DNA of 48,812 nucleotides from an uncultured Gammaproteobacteria bacterium (GTDB lineage: Bacteria; Patescibacteriota; Patescibacteriia; UBA2591; UBA6264). The translations under genes were made by a program, and so were the position numbers. The stretch is from positions 1 through 48,812 of the forward strand of contig CAZGUY010000002.1 in NCBI GenBank assembly GCA_964528795.1, written 5' to 3'. The notes below the pieces were generated by a model, which saw only the letters and a list, made by a program, of their open reading frames with translations, had not been told where the DNA came from and searched no databases. Of the stretch, positions 7,658-15,432 are shown piece after piece; position 1 is the stretch's first letter; each line of letters opens with the position of its first letter.

Positions 7658-8632
7658 ATGAATGAAAAAATCATTTTAGTTGTTACTAGTAAATATGCTT
7701 CAGATGTTAATTCTGTAATAAAAGAATTGTATAAGATGGATGAAAAAGTAATAAGGCTTAATACTGAAGATTTTCCTAGTCAGATTGATTATAATTATAA
7801 ATCTAATGAAGAGAAAATGATTTTTAGCCTTCCCCATAATCGGATAGTATTACTTAAAGATATTAAATCTATTTTATATCGTAAAGAACAAGAACCTAAA
7901 ATTGATTCTGCAGTAAAAGAAGAATCATTAAGAGATTTTGCAAAGAGAGAAAGTAGGGTAGTGCTTAGAAGCTTTTATCAAAGTTTTAATGGGCTTTGGA
8001 TTAATCATCCTCTTAGAGTTAGAGCTGCTTCTCAGAAAATTTATCAACTACAAAAAGCTAAGGAGGTTGGTTTTAATATTCCTTCTACATTAGTAACAAA
8101 TCAACCAAAGGATTTGAAGGAATTTTATGATAAGCACAAGGAAACCGGTATAATAGTAAAGCCACTTAGTTTCCCTATAGCTGAAGGTCAGCAAGAATAT
8201 TATGCTTTCTCAACTGCACGAGTAACCGAGAAAGATATTGGCCATATGGAAGAAGTCCAATATTCTCCTACTCTTTTTCAGGAAGAGGTCCCTAAAAAGT
8301 ATGAATTAAGAATTACGGTTGTTGGTAATAAGGTCTTTCCCTGTAAAATTGATTCTCAAATATCTAGTAAAACAGAATTAGATTGGCGCTTTTTTGAGCC
8401 TGGTAAACCTGTTCCACATGAAGCAACTAGTATTCCATTAGAGATTGAAAAAAAGTGTGTAAAAATAGTAAAAAGTTTAGGATTGAAGTTTGGTGCTATT
8501 GATATGATATATACTCCTGATGAGAAATATGTTTTTTTGGAAATTAATCCTAGCGGAATGTGGGGATGGATAGAAGAACTTACTGGTTTGCCGATTTCAA
8601 AAGCTATAGCTCAGTTATTAGCCAACCACTAA
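7658..8632 (+). CDS. ATP-grasp ligase, MdnB/MdnC (graspetide macrocyclase)-like
   Basis: 324 aa, preceded by GAGGTG. The size and the motifs ELRITVVGNKVF, GAIDMIYTPDEKYVFLEINPSGMWGW and PISKAIAQLL match my recollection of microviridin-type ATP-grasp ligases of the RimK-like fold. Confidence 0.75.
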   Translation: MNEKIILVVTSKYASDVNSVIKELYKMDEKVIRLNTEDFPSQIDYNYKSNEEKMIFSLPHNRIVLLKDIKSILYRKEQEPKIDSAVKEESLRDFAKRESRVVLRSFYQSFNGLWINHPLRVRAASQKIYQLQKAKEVGFNIPSTLVTNQPKDLKEFYDKHKETGIIVKPLSFPIAEGQQEYYAFSTARVTEKDIGHMEEVQYSPTLFQEEVPKKYELRITVVGNKVFPCKIDSQISSKTELDWRFFEPGKPVPHEATSIPLEIEKKCVKIVKSLGLKFGAIDMIYTPDEKYVFLEINPSGMWGWIEELTGLPISKAIAQLLANH

Positions 8633-8663
8633 AATCCCTTGATTATAAATAATCAGGGGATTT
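8632..8663. terminator. Bidirectional hairpin between convergent genes
   Basis: AAATCCCTTGATTA / TAATCAGGGGATTT forms a stem of about 14 bp with one G-T pair and overlaps both stop codons. Confidence 0.6.
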
Positions 8664-9528
8664 ATTTTATTGTTTTAAGTAATTTATTAGCAGCTTCTCT
8701 GTGATTTGGCTGTCTACATTTAGACATTTTTTTTATAATCTTTTTTACATCTGAAGGGATTTCTATATTTTTATTTTGTTTAAAAAGTTTTAATAAGAGC
8801 CAAACTGCTTTATTTCTGCAAATACTGGAATTTATTTGAAATAAACTAAAAATGGGTTTAGGTTCTAGTTTTACCCCTTGCTGGTTTAATTGTAATAGAG
8901 AAAAGGCTGCATTGCTTAATGTCCAATGATCAAGCTCTGTATTTAATGATTTGAATAAAAGTTTTTTTGTTTGAGATAATTTTTCTTTTGGAACCCATTG
9001 TAAAAGTAGGGCTGCCTTTGCTCGTTTGTTGTTGTCTTTGTCATTTAAAAGAATTTGTTTTATTGTAGAAAAGTTTTTCTTAATGTGGTTTTCAAACCTT
9101 TTTTGAATTTTTTCTAAAGTTTTAGAAGAAATTTTTTTATTATTTTGTGTTTTCTTTCTTAATATTTGATAATAGTCCTGTAGGGTTATTTTTATTTCAT
9201 TGGGAAAAACAATATCTTTTTTAAATTCTTTTCTATCTTTAGGTTTTGGGTTTATATTTATATCGCAATAAATTTCATTTTGAATGATCTTATCATCTAT
9301 TTTTTGTTTGCCATGATAAAAAAGTGGGCTAAAGATAAATTTCTTTTTAGGTAGTTTATTTTGTAAAATTTCTCTAATTTTATCTTGCCATTTGTATCTT
9401 TTTTTACTAAATTCATCCAAGGTCATTTTCTGTCCCTCTTTCAAGCCAATTTGTTTAAATATTTTATCTTCGTCTATATTATTTGCCCCCCAAATGTTAC
9501 CTTTATGAATAGTATATTTTTTTGTCAT
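8662..9528 (-). CDS. Hypothetical protein with C-terminal HEAT-like repeats (paralogue of 6319..7203)
   Basis: 288 aa. It shares the first 25 aa, the 5' flank and the C-terminal block ICRNKA(A/V)WLLLKL...IEIPSDVKKII with its paralogue. The central part is diverged. Confidence 0.65.
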   Translation of the reverse strand: MTKKYTIHKGNIWGANNIDEDKIFKQIGLKEGQKMTLDEFSKKRYKWQDKIREILQNKLPKKKFIFSPLFYHGKQKIDDKIIQNEIYCDININPKPKDRKEFKKDIVFPNEIKITLQDYYQILRKKTQNNKKISSKTLEKIQKRFENHIKKNFSTIKQILLNDKDNNKRAKAALLLQWVPKEKLSQTKKLLFKSLNTELDHWTLSNAAFSLLQLNQQGVKLEPKPIFSLFQINSSICRNKAVWLLLKLFKQNKNIEIPSDVKKIIKKMSKCRQPNHREAANKLLKTIK

Positions 9529-9575
9529 AAGTTAAAAAGTTAGATTGATATATAATTTTCTACCATACTAGGTCG

Positions 9576-9596
9576 TAGGGTGGTTAGACTGTTCTA
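9576..9596. repeat. Module D hairpin, isolated copy
   Basis: TAGGGTGGT-TAG-ACTGTTCTA forms a 9-bp stem only if four G-T pairs on the plus strand are allowed. Located 3' of gene 9604..10641. Confidence 0.55.
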
Positions 9597-9603
9597 ACAG
9601 AGT

Positions 9604-10641
9604 TTAATGATATATTTTTATATTACTTTTAGTTATTTCCCAGTTTCCTACTTGAGGTGAGCCTCCTTTAATTTTCTTTTTTTCTTTATATTCTTTTATA
9701 TTCTTTCTTGTTTTTTTAACTTGTGTTACAAAATGTTTAGCTAATTTTTTAGTTGATCCTTCTCTAGCTTTGGCGATAGCAGAACAATAAGCTTGGTGGT
9801 TTTGATTAAAGAATATAACCGGCATAAACCCCTTTTCGTTTAAGAGGGCATTTAAAAGAATTCTACCCACCCTACCATTACCATCTTGAAAGGGATGAAT
9901 TGCCTCAAATCGCCAATGGAATTCTAAAGCTAAAATAGGGGGGTATACATTTTCCTTTTTATTCGTTTTAAGTGTTTGAAGTAGTTGTTTCATTTCTTTG
10001 CTTACTTTGTCAGGAGAGGTAGTAGTAGCTATTTTACCAGTCATATTATTGCCAGCAATAATGTTTTGTTTTTTGTATTGGCCAGCTTCTATCGGTTTTA
10101 AATCATGAAAAAGTATTTTATGTATTTTTTTAATAGTTTTTTGATTCCATTTCATATTGGGGGAGAAAGCAAAGTTTATAGCTTGAATAGAATTAATAAT
10201 TTCTTTGTCTATTCTTGTTTTAGGTTTTACTCTTTTTTTAGTTAAAATATTTTTTATATCTGGTTCTGCTACGTGTGAACCCTCAGCTCGATTTGAATTT
10301 AAAACAAAAAGCAAATAAAATAATTTTCTAAAAGTTTTAAATTCTTTTTTAAATAATTTATGTAAAAGACAAGTGTAATAAAAACGAGATTTTATAATAT
10401 GATTAATACCATGAGGTGGAAAATAGTTTTTAATATCTTTATTAATATTTTGGATAACAAAAGGAGAAATTTTTTCTTTAAAAAAAGAAAGCATTTCTTG
10501 CTTTAAATCTTTTTTAGGGGGGAGCTCTTTGCCAAGATAGTGAGATAAGTGTTTTTTCTCGTTATTTATAACACTTCTTAATACATATTGGAGGTAATAA
10601 TATTTTTTCCCTTTGACTTTTTTCTTTCTAATATATTTCAT
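9604..10641 (-). CDS. Fic-domain protein (AMPylase family) with intramolecular inhibitory motif
   Basis: 345 aa. Active-site motif HPFQDGNGRVGR (HxFx[DE]GNGRxxR). The upstream SNRAEG fits the [ST]xxxE[GN] inhibitory helix motif. Confidence 0.85.
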   Translation of the reverse strand: MKYIRKKKVKGKKYYYLQYVLRSVINNEKKHLSHYLGKELPPKKDLKQEMLSFFKEKISPFVIQNINKDIKNYFPPHGINHIIKSRFYYTCLLHKLFKKEFKTFRKLFYLLFVLNSNRAEGSHVAEPDIKNILTKKRVKPKTRIDKEIINSIQAINFAFSPNMKWNQKTIKKIHKILFHDLKPIEAGQYKKQNIIAGNNMTGKIATTTSPDKVSKEMKQLLQTLKTNKKENVYPPILALEFHWRFEAIHPFQDGNGRVGRILLNALLNEKGFMPVIFFNQNHQAYCSAIAKAREGSTKKLAKHFVTQVKKTRKNIKEYKEKKKIKGGSPQVGNWEITKSNIKIYH

Positions 10642-10764
10642 AATATATAGTTAGGCTAATAGAAATTGATTATTAGTTATTTTAAAAAAATTGTTATTTA
10701 TTATTTTCTTTATTTTTTTACCTTTATAAAGATAAATAATGTAATAAAAAGTTGGGCTAATGAA

Positions 10765-10793
10765 ATTCTAACATAACCTAATTTATCTGTCAA
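10765..10793 (-). promoter_or_regulatory. Putative promoter for Fic gene (TTGACA-N17-TAGAAT on minus strand)
   Basis: Reverse complement of 10788-10793 is TTGACA and of 10765-10770 is TAGAAT. Confidence 0.4.
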
Positions 10794-10828
10794 TATCGTT
10801 TTATTAATAATATATTAAAAGTTCATAG

Positions 10829-10950
10829 TAGGGCGATTGGATTGTCCTAACGTGTGAACTCTTAAGGTTAACTGTTTTTAATATCCTAACAGGTCGCAAT
10901 CTGTGAGGGGATGGGGGGGTGGACTCCGGGCGAGGGTTAGATCGTTCTAA
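10829..10950. repeat. GC-rich modular hairpin element, copy 6 (composite D-A-B-...-D)
   Basis: TAGGGCGAT-TGG-ATTGTCCTA (10829-10849), CTTAAGGTTAAC..ATCCTAAC, CAGGT-CGCA-ATCTG, a G-rich tract, and GAGGGTTAGATCGTTCTAAT. It is the most GC-rich spacer in the left part of the window. Confidence 0.7.
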
Positions 10951-10965
10951 TATGCCCTAATATAC

Positions 10966-10994
10966 TTGACAAAATTCAATTATCGTATTATATT
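10966..10994 (+). promoter_or_regulatory. Promoter TTGACA-N17-TATATT
   Basis: Consensus -35 at 10966-10971 and -10 at 10989-10994, 46 nt before ATG 11040. Confidence 0.6.
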
Positions 10995-11039
10995 TTAAAT
11001 ACTAGTTAATTTTAGTTTAACTTAAAAAGGAGGTAAAAA

Positions 11040-11297
11040 ATGGGAAAAAGTGCTAAGTACTGGAATCATAAAAGAAAAGGGTTTATTGATGGTAAGTTTG
11101 GCAATACCTATAATCCGCCAAATGGTGTTATTAATAAAGAGGCTTATAAGGAGGGCTTTAAAAGGGGACAAGCTTGGCTGAAAGGATATGAAGACGCCGT
11201 GGATGATTATAGGTTTGAGTTAAAACCTATAGACAATAAGGATAGTTATATGATTGGTTATCAAGCTGGGGCGGAAAAGGAAAGAGGACTTAGATAG
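11040..11297 (+). CDS. Small hypothetical protein (85 aa) with G[FY]xxG repeats; paralogue of 11565..11834
   Basis: AAAGGAGGT RBS. Shares GFI(D/H)GKFG(N/H)TY(N/D)PP, (K/R)GF, W(L/V)(K/L)GY and GYQAG blocks with the downstream paralogue. Confidence 0.75.
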   Translation: MGKSAKYWNHKRKGFIDGKFGNTYNPPNGVINKEAYKEGFKRGQAWLKGYEDAVDDYRFELKPIDNKDSYMIGYQAGAEKERGLR

Positions 11298-11320
11298 TTT
11301 TGTTAAAAAAAATAATAATT

Positions 11321-11351
11321 AGGTCAAGTATAGAATGCTTGACCTCTTTTT
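11321..11351 (+). terminator. Intrinsic terminator
   Basis: AGGTCAAG-N9-CTTGACCT followed by CTTTTT. Confidence 0.7.
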
Positions 11352-11487
11352 ATAAATTTAATTTTTAATATTGATTAATTGTTAAGTGTGTTTTATCCAA
11401 CATTTTGTATTTATTAAACAATCCTACAACTGGATAAACTTATTCTCAATAGAGCACTTAAATCACCCTAATATATCTTAGTTGTGT

Positions 11488-11516
11488 TTGACAAAGCCTG
11501 ATTTTGATATTATACT
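11488..11516 (+). promoter_or_regulatory. Promoter TTGACA-N17-TATACT
   Basis: -35 at 11488-11493 and -10 at 11511-11516, 49 nt before ATG 11565. Confidence 0.6.
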
Positions 11517-11564
11517 CTTAAAGTAAGTTCATTTTAATTGAACTTTTAAAAAGGAGGTAAAACA

Positions 11565-11834
11565 ATGGAAAAAGAGATTGATCTTTTCAAGATTAAAAAG
11601 CAAGGATTTATTCATGGTAAATTTGGCCATACCTATGATCCGCCAGATAAGAGCAAAAAAGAAGCTTTGACTGCCTATAGAAGAGGATTTGATATAGGAT
11701 ATAGTTGGGTATTAGGTTATAAAGATGCTAAACGCGGTTTTGATTTTGACCCTGAATCAGCAGAAAGTGAAGATGGTTATATTGTTGGTTACCAGGCTGG
11801 TGAGGAAGAAGATCAGGATTGGGTTAGTTTATAA
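11565..11834 (+). CDS. Small hypothetical protein (89 aa), paralogue of 11040..11297
   Basis: AAAGGAGGT RBS and colinear conserved blocks with 11040..11297. The C-terminus is acidic. Confidence 0.75.
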   Translation: MEKEIDLFKIKKQGFIHGKFGHTYDPPDKSKKEALTAYRRGFDIGYSWVLGYKDAKRGFDFDPESAESEDGYIVGYQAGEEEDQDWVSL

Positions 11835-11852
11835 AAACTTAGATTAATTAAT

Positions 11853-11885
11853 GAGTCGAGTATAAAATTCTCGACTCTTTTTTTA
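11853..11885 (+). terminator. Intrinsic terminator
   Basis: GAGTCGAG-N9-CTCGACTC followed by an 8-T run. Confidence 0.75.
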
Positions 11886-11898
11886 TATAAATTTAGTT

Positions 11899-12672
11899 TT
11901 ATTTACTTTTTAATTTTCTAATAATAAAACCTGGAATCTTCCAAGGCTTTTTTATTCCTTTTCTTATTAAGTTTTTAAATCTTTTCTTTTTTATTTCTTT
12001 TTTAGGTAGTATAAATTGAATTGCTTTTTCTTTTTGTTTTTGGGTTGGGTTTAAATTTAGAAAATCCATTATTTTTTCAATCTGATCTCTTTTTTTATTG
12101 TTAAGTTTTTTAAAATCAATATCTAACCTTTTTAAATTAGGGTTTTGTTTAAAAAAGCTTTTAATTGAACTTTTATATTGATTTATTATTTTTTTAATTT
12201 CTTTATCTGACATTTCTTTATCTCCTCTGTCAGCTATTCTTCTTTGAATTGAATCAATTACATCTTTGTCTTTTCTATGACAGATTAAAAAGTAAGGGTT
12301 TTTAAGATAGGGGAGAAATAGATCAATTGTAAGAGTTGTTCTTGGATCTTTAAATCCCCAAAGGGTAGATTCTTTTTTATTTATTAAATTTTTAATTTGT
12401 TTTTGAAATTTATTTTTTTGTTTTATTATATTTTCTTTTTTAGGAGGATTTTTCCAATCTCCGTTTGCTTTTTTTAGTATTTTTTTATTTAGTTTTTGAA
12501 AATCCCAATCTTCATAATGACCTAATGGGTTTGATATGTCATCTCTTTTTGATTCTTGATCTATAGATCGTCCCATATCAACTCCTAAACGAGCTAATGC
12601 TCCAGCTACTATAGAAGTGCCGGTTTTATGCATTCCTAAGATTACAATTGTTTTGATATCCTTATTTTTCAT
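11899..12672 (-). CDS. Sulfotransferase family protein
   Basis: 257 aa. The N-terminal P-loop-like PAPS 5'-phosphosulfate-binding motif is ILGMHKTGTS. The gene overlaps the upstream flippase gene by 11 nt, indicating an operon. Confidence 0.65.
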   Translation of the reverse strand: MKNKDIKTIVILGMHKTGTSIVAGALARLGVDMGRSIDQESKRDDISNPLGHYEDWDFQKLNKKILKKANGDWKNPPKKENIIKQKNKFQKQIKNLINKKESTLWGFKDPRTTLTIDLFLPYLKNPYFLICHRKDKDVIDSIQRRIADRGDKEMSDKEIKKIINQYKSSIKSFFKQNPNLKRLDIDFKKLNNKKRDQIEKIMDFLNLNPTQKQKEKAIQFILPKKEIKKKRFKNLIRKGIKKPWKIPGFIIRKLKSK

Positions 12673-14173
12673 TGTTTTTCATATTTTTTAATTTATTTTT
12701 TACATCTTTTAAAATTAGTTTGTCATCTTTATTAAATGATTTAGTAAAGTAGAGTAGGGTAAGATAAACGATTCCTAAGATAAAGATATAAATTATTAAA
12801 TCATAAAGTCCTGGGGCTCCAAAAAAGTATTTTAAAAGATAAGCTACAAGAGCTGTAATTAAAGCAGCTAAAATATAGGTTAGATTGTTTTTTGTATAAG
12901 GTTGAATTTTATAAAAATAATATATTTCTATTAAACCAACTATACCACCAATTGTTATAGCAGATGAGGTAGCTATAGCTGCCCCTACAGGACCAAATTT
13001 TGGAATAAGTAGTATATCTAAACCTAAGTTAATTAAAAGCATTATAAGAGCATTTAAAAGGTTTAACTTTGTTTTAGCAAAAGCTTCTAAAGTCATTCCT
13101 TCTGGACCAAAAGCAGAATTTAAAAATTTACCTATTGCTAATATAGATAAGGCTAAAGGAAAAGCAAGATATTCTTTTGTAAAAAGAATAGTAATGATAC
13201 TTGTCCCAAAAAACAAAAGAATTATTAAATTAAAAGCATTCATATTTATAATCCATCTTGTAACCCAAGAATAAATAGCTTTAACTTGTTTAATTTGTTT
13301 TTTAGAAATAAGTTCTGAAATAACTGGTTTGTAAATTTTAGCAAAAGAGGTTAAAACTATACCTAAAATTACTATTAAGGAGACATAAATCTTATAAACT
13401 CCAACTTCAGCTGATGATCTATAAATTCCTAATATTATAAAATCAATTTGGCTAAGAAATATTAAAATAGTAGTACTAAGGGTTAAAGGCCATGAAAATT
13501 TTAATATTTTTTTAAAAGAAACACTTTCTGGTTTAATTTTTGATAATGGAGAAAGTATTTTCTTTTTAACAAACCAAAGACTAGCCATAGCTGTTATAAA
13601 AATAGCTAAAACATAAAGCTTACTCCAAGCTAAAAGCCCCCAACTTAAAACTAAAAGATAAATAGTGAATAAGATTTTTAAACCTGGCCTTATAATCTCT
13701 CTAAAATAAATTCTATACCGCAATTCTTTAAAACCAATAAAAGAACTTGAACTTAGTCTAATGATAGCCCAAAAGGGGAGAGCAAAACTTAAAACTTTTA
13801 AAACAGAAACTAAATCAGGATTATTAAAAACTTTAACAGCTAAAAAATTAGATAATAAAAAAAGTATTATTGAAACAATAATACTTGAAATAATACCAAA
13901 CTTATAAATGGATTTTATTAAAGTTTTAGTTTTTCCTTTTTCACCTTTGCCATTAAAGTAGGGAATAAAGCGTTCTAGGGCCTTATGAGTACCTAAAAGA
14001 ACAAAAATTAAACAAAAAGTAACAATGGTATAGCCAAGAGTAAAAGTACCAAAGTCTTTTGGTATTAAAATTCTTGTTATAAGGATTAACCATACATAGG
14101 ATAAAATTTTTCCTAATACTTCGCCAGAAAAATTTATACCTGATTCTTTAACTATCTTTTTAAGATTATTCAT
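12662..14173 (-). CDS. Polysaccharide biosynthesis protein, Wzx/MOP-type flippase
   Basis: 503 aa, about 14 predicted hydrophobic helices, with the typical MOP-family organisation. It sits inside a glycosyltransferase operon. Confidence 0.75.
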   Translation of the reverse strand: MNNLKKIVKESGINFSGEVLGKILSYVWLILITRILIPKDFGTFTLGYTIVTFCLIFVLLGTHKALERFIPYFNGKGEKGKTKTLIKSIYKFGIISSIIVSIILFLLSNFLAVKVFNNPDLVSVLKVLSFALPFWAIIRLSSSSFIGFKELRYRIYFREIIRPGLKILFTIYLLVLSWGLLAWSKLYVLAIFITAMASLWFVKKKILSPLSKIKPESVSFKKILKFSWPLTLSTTILIFLSQIDFIILGIYRSSAEVGVYKIYVSLIVILGIVLTSFAKIYKPVISELISKKQIKQVKAIYSWVTRWIINMNAFNLIILLFFGTSIITILFTKEYLAFPLALSILAIGKFLNSAFGPEGMTLEAFAKTKLNLLNALIMLLINLGLDILLIPKFGPVGAAIATSSAITIGGIVGLIEIYYFYKIQPYTKNNLTYILAALITALVAYLLKYFFGAPGLYDLIIYIFILGIVYLTLLYFTKSFNKDDKLILKDVKNKLKNMKNNEK

Positions 14174-14261
14174 TTATGTAGAGAAGTTTAGCTTATTTCT
14201 TACATTATATCTTACTATGTCAGGTTAAAATGTCAATAAACAAAAACCCACAAGGTTTAGC

Positions 14262-15374
14262 TTACAGGTTTAATTTTTTTATAGTTTTTAAATATTTGTT
14301 AACTATTTTTTTAGAATCAAAATCCTTTGCTCTTTTTTTGATTGCTTCTTCTTTTATGCTTGGTTTATTTAATGTTTTTATAATTGCCTGAGCTAGTTTC
14401 TTATAATTTTTAACAGGTACTAATTCTCCATATTTACCTGCCTTTAATGCTTCATATGGGCCACTTGGGCAATTAGTACTAACTATTTGTGTGCCACAAG
14501 CCATTGCTTCTATTAAAACCATTGGAAACCCTTCCCAATTTGACGGAAGGGCAAATAAATCGGATTGAGACATGTATTTGTAAGGGTTTTTTACAGCCCC
14601 AATTAAGTTGACTTTATTTTGAAGGTTTAATTCTTTTATTAATTGTTTTAAATTTTTTCTTTCCTCACCTTTGCCTAATATAATTAATTTTGTTTCTGGT
14701 ATATTATTGTTAACTCTTTTAAAAGCTTTAATTAAATTAGAAAAGTTTTTACGTTTTATTAATCTTCCGCATCCTAATATAATTTTATTGTTTTTATTAT
14801 TAAAAAAGGGATGCTTAATTTTTTCTTTAGATTTTTCTTGTATTTTTTTAAAGTCTATTGGGTTGTAAATAACTTTAATTTTATCTTTTTTTATATTAAA
14901 ATTTGTAATCAAGTCTTTTTTAATTGCTTTTGAAACTGCAATAATTTTTTTAGCCCTATTATAGAATAGTTTAATCATTATTTTTTGAATTATTCCGTAA
15001 AGGTTGTTTGGTATGTCAATAGATTGAAAGTTATGAATCGTAAGAATGGCGTCTTGATTGATTAAAGCATTAAAAATATTAGAATTTCTTACAAAGCTAA
15101 TAATAACCTTTTCTTTTTCTTTGTTTAATGTTTTTTTTATTTTATATATTCTTTTAAAAAAGTAATATATTTTAAGAAAAAAATTATTTGTTTTTGGTGT
15201 GTTTAAAATAACTTTTTCTCCATTGTACGGATAATATATATCAGGTTCAAATAATATTATCGTTTGTTTAATATTTTTTGGTAGATTTAAGGATAAGGTA
15301 GATAAGACTCTTTCTGCTCCCCCCATTTGTAAACTACTTGATAAAAAATATATTTTTTTGGCATGTTTTGTCAT
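14262..15374 (-). CDS. Glycosyltransferase family 4 (GT-B)
   Basis: 370 aa with the EGFPMVLIEAMACG (E-x7-E) motif. Confidence 0.85.
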   Translation of the reverse strand: MTKHAKKIYFLSSSLQMGGAERVLSTLSLNLPKNIKQTIILFEPDIYYPYNGEKVILNTPKTNNFFLKIYYFFKRIYKIKKTLNKEKEKVIISFVRNSNIFNALINQDAILTIHNFQSIDIPNNLYGIIQKIMIKLFYNRAKKIIAVSKAIKKDLITNFNIKKDKIKVIYNPIDFKKIQEKSKEKIKHPFFNNKNNKIILGCGRLIKRKNFSNLIKAFKRVNNNIPETKLIILGKGEERKNLKQLIKELNLQNKVNLIGAVKNPYKYMSQSDLFALPSNWEGFPMVLIEAMACGTQIVSTNCPSGPYEALKAGKYGELVPVKNYKKLAQAIIKTLNKPSIKEEAIKKRAKDFDSKKIVNKYLKTIKKLNL

Positions 15375-15432
15375 GTTAAAGTGTTTAGTGATTTATATTC
15401 TTTTAAAATATTTTCAGTAAAAAGCGATTCTT

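Noticed and set aside
1-10950. Integron hypothesis: co-oriented ORFs each followed by a structured element containing GTTAAC/CCTAAC words reminiscent of attC core sites (GTTRRRY/RYYYAAC).
   Set aside because: The elements are strings of several independent short hairpins, not one long imperfect R''-L''/L'-R' hairpin. The core-like words do not fit the consensus at the R/Y positions. Several cassettes carry their own promoters, and no intI or attI is visible.
14244-14271. Degenerate copy of the repeated terminator overlapping the stop codon of GT4 gene 14262..15374, considered as evidence of another small-protein cassette.
   Set aside because: No promoter/leader module or small ORF accompanies it, and the stem is weakened by mismatches. 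It is noted only as a decayed relative within the glycan operon.
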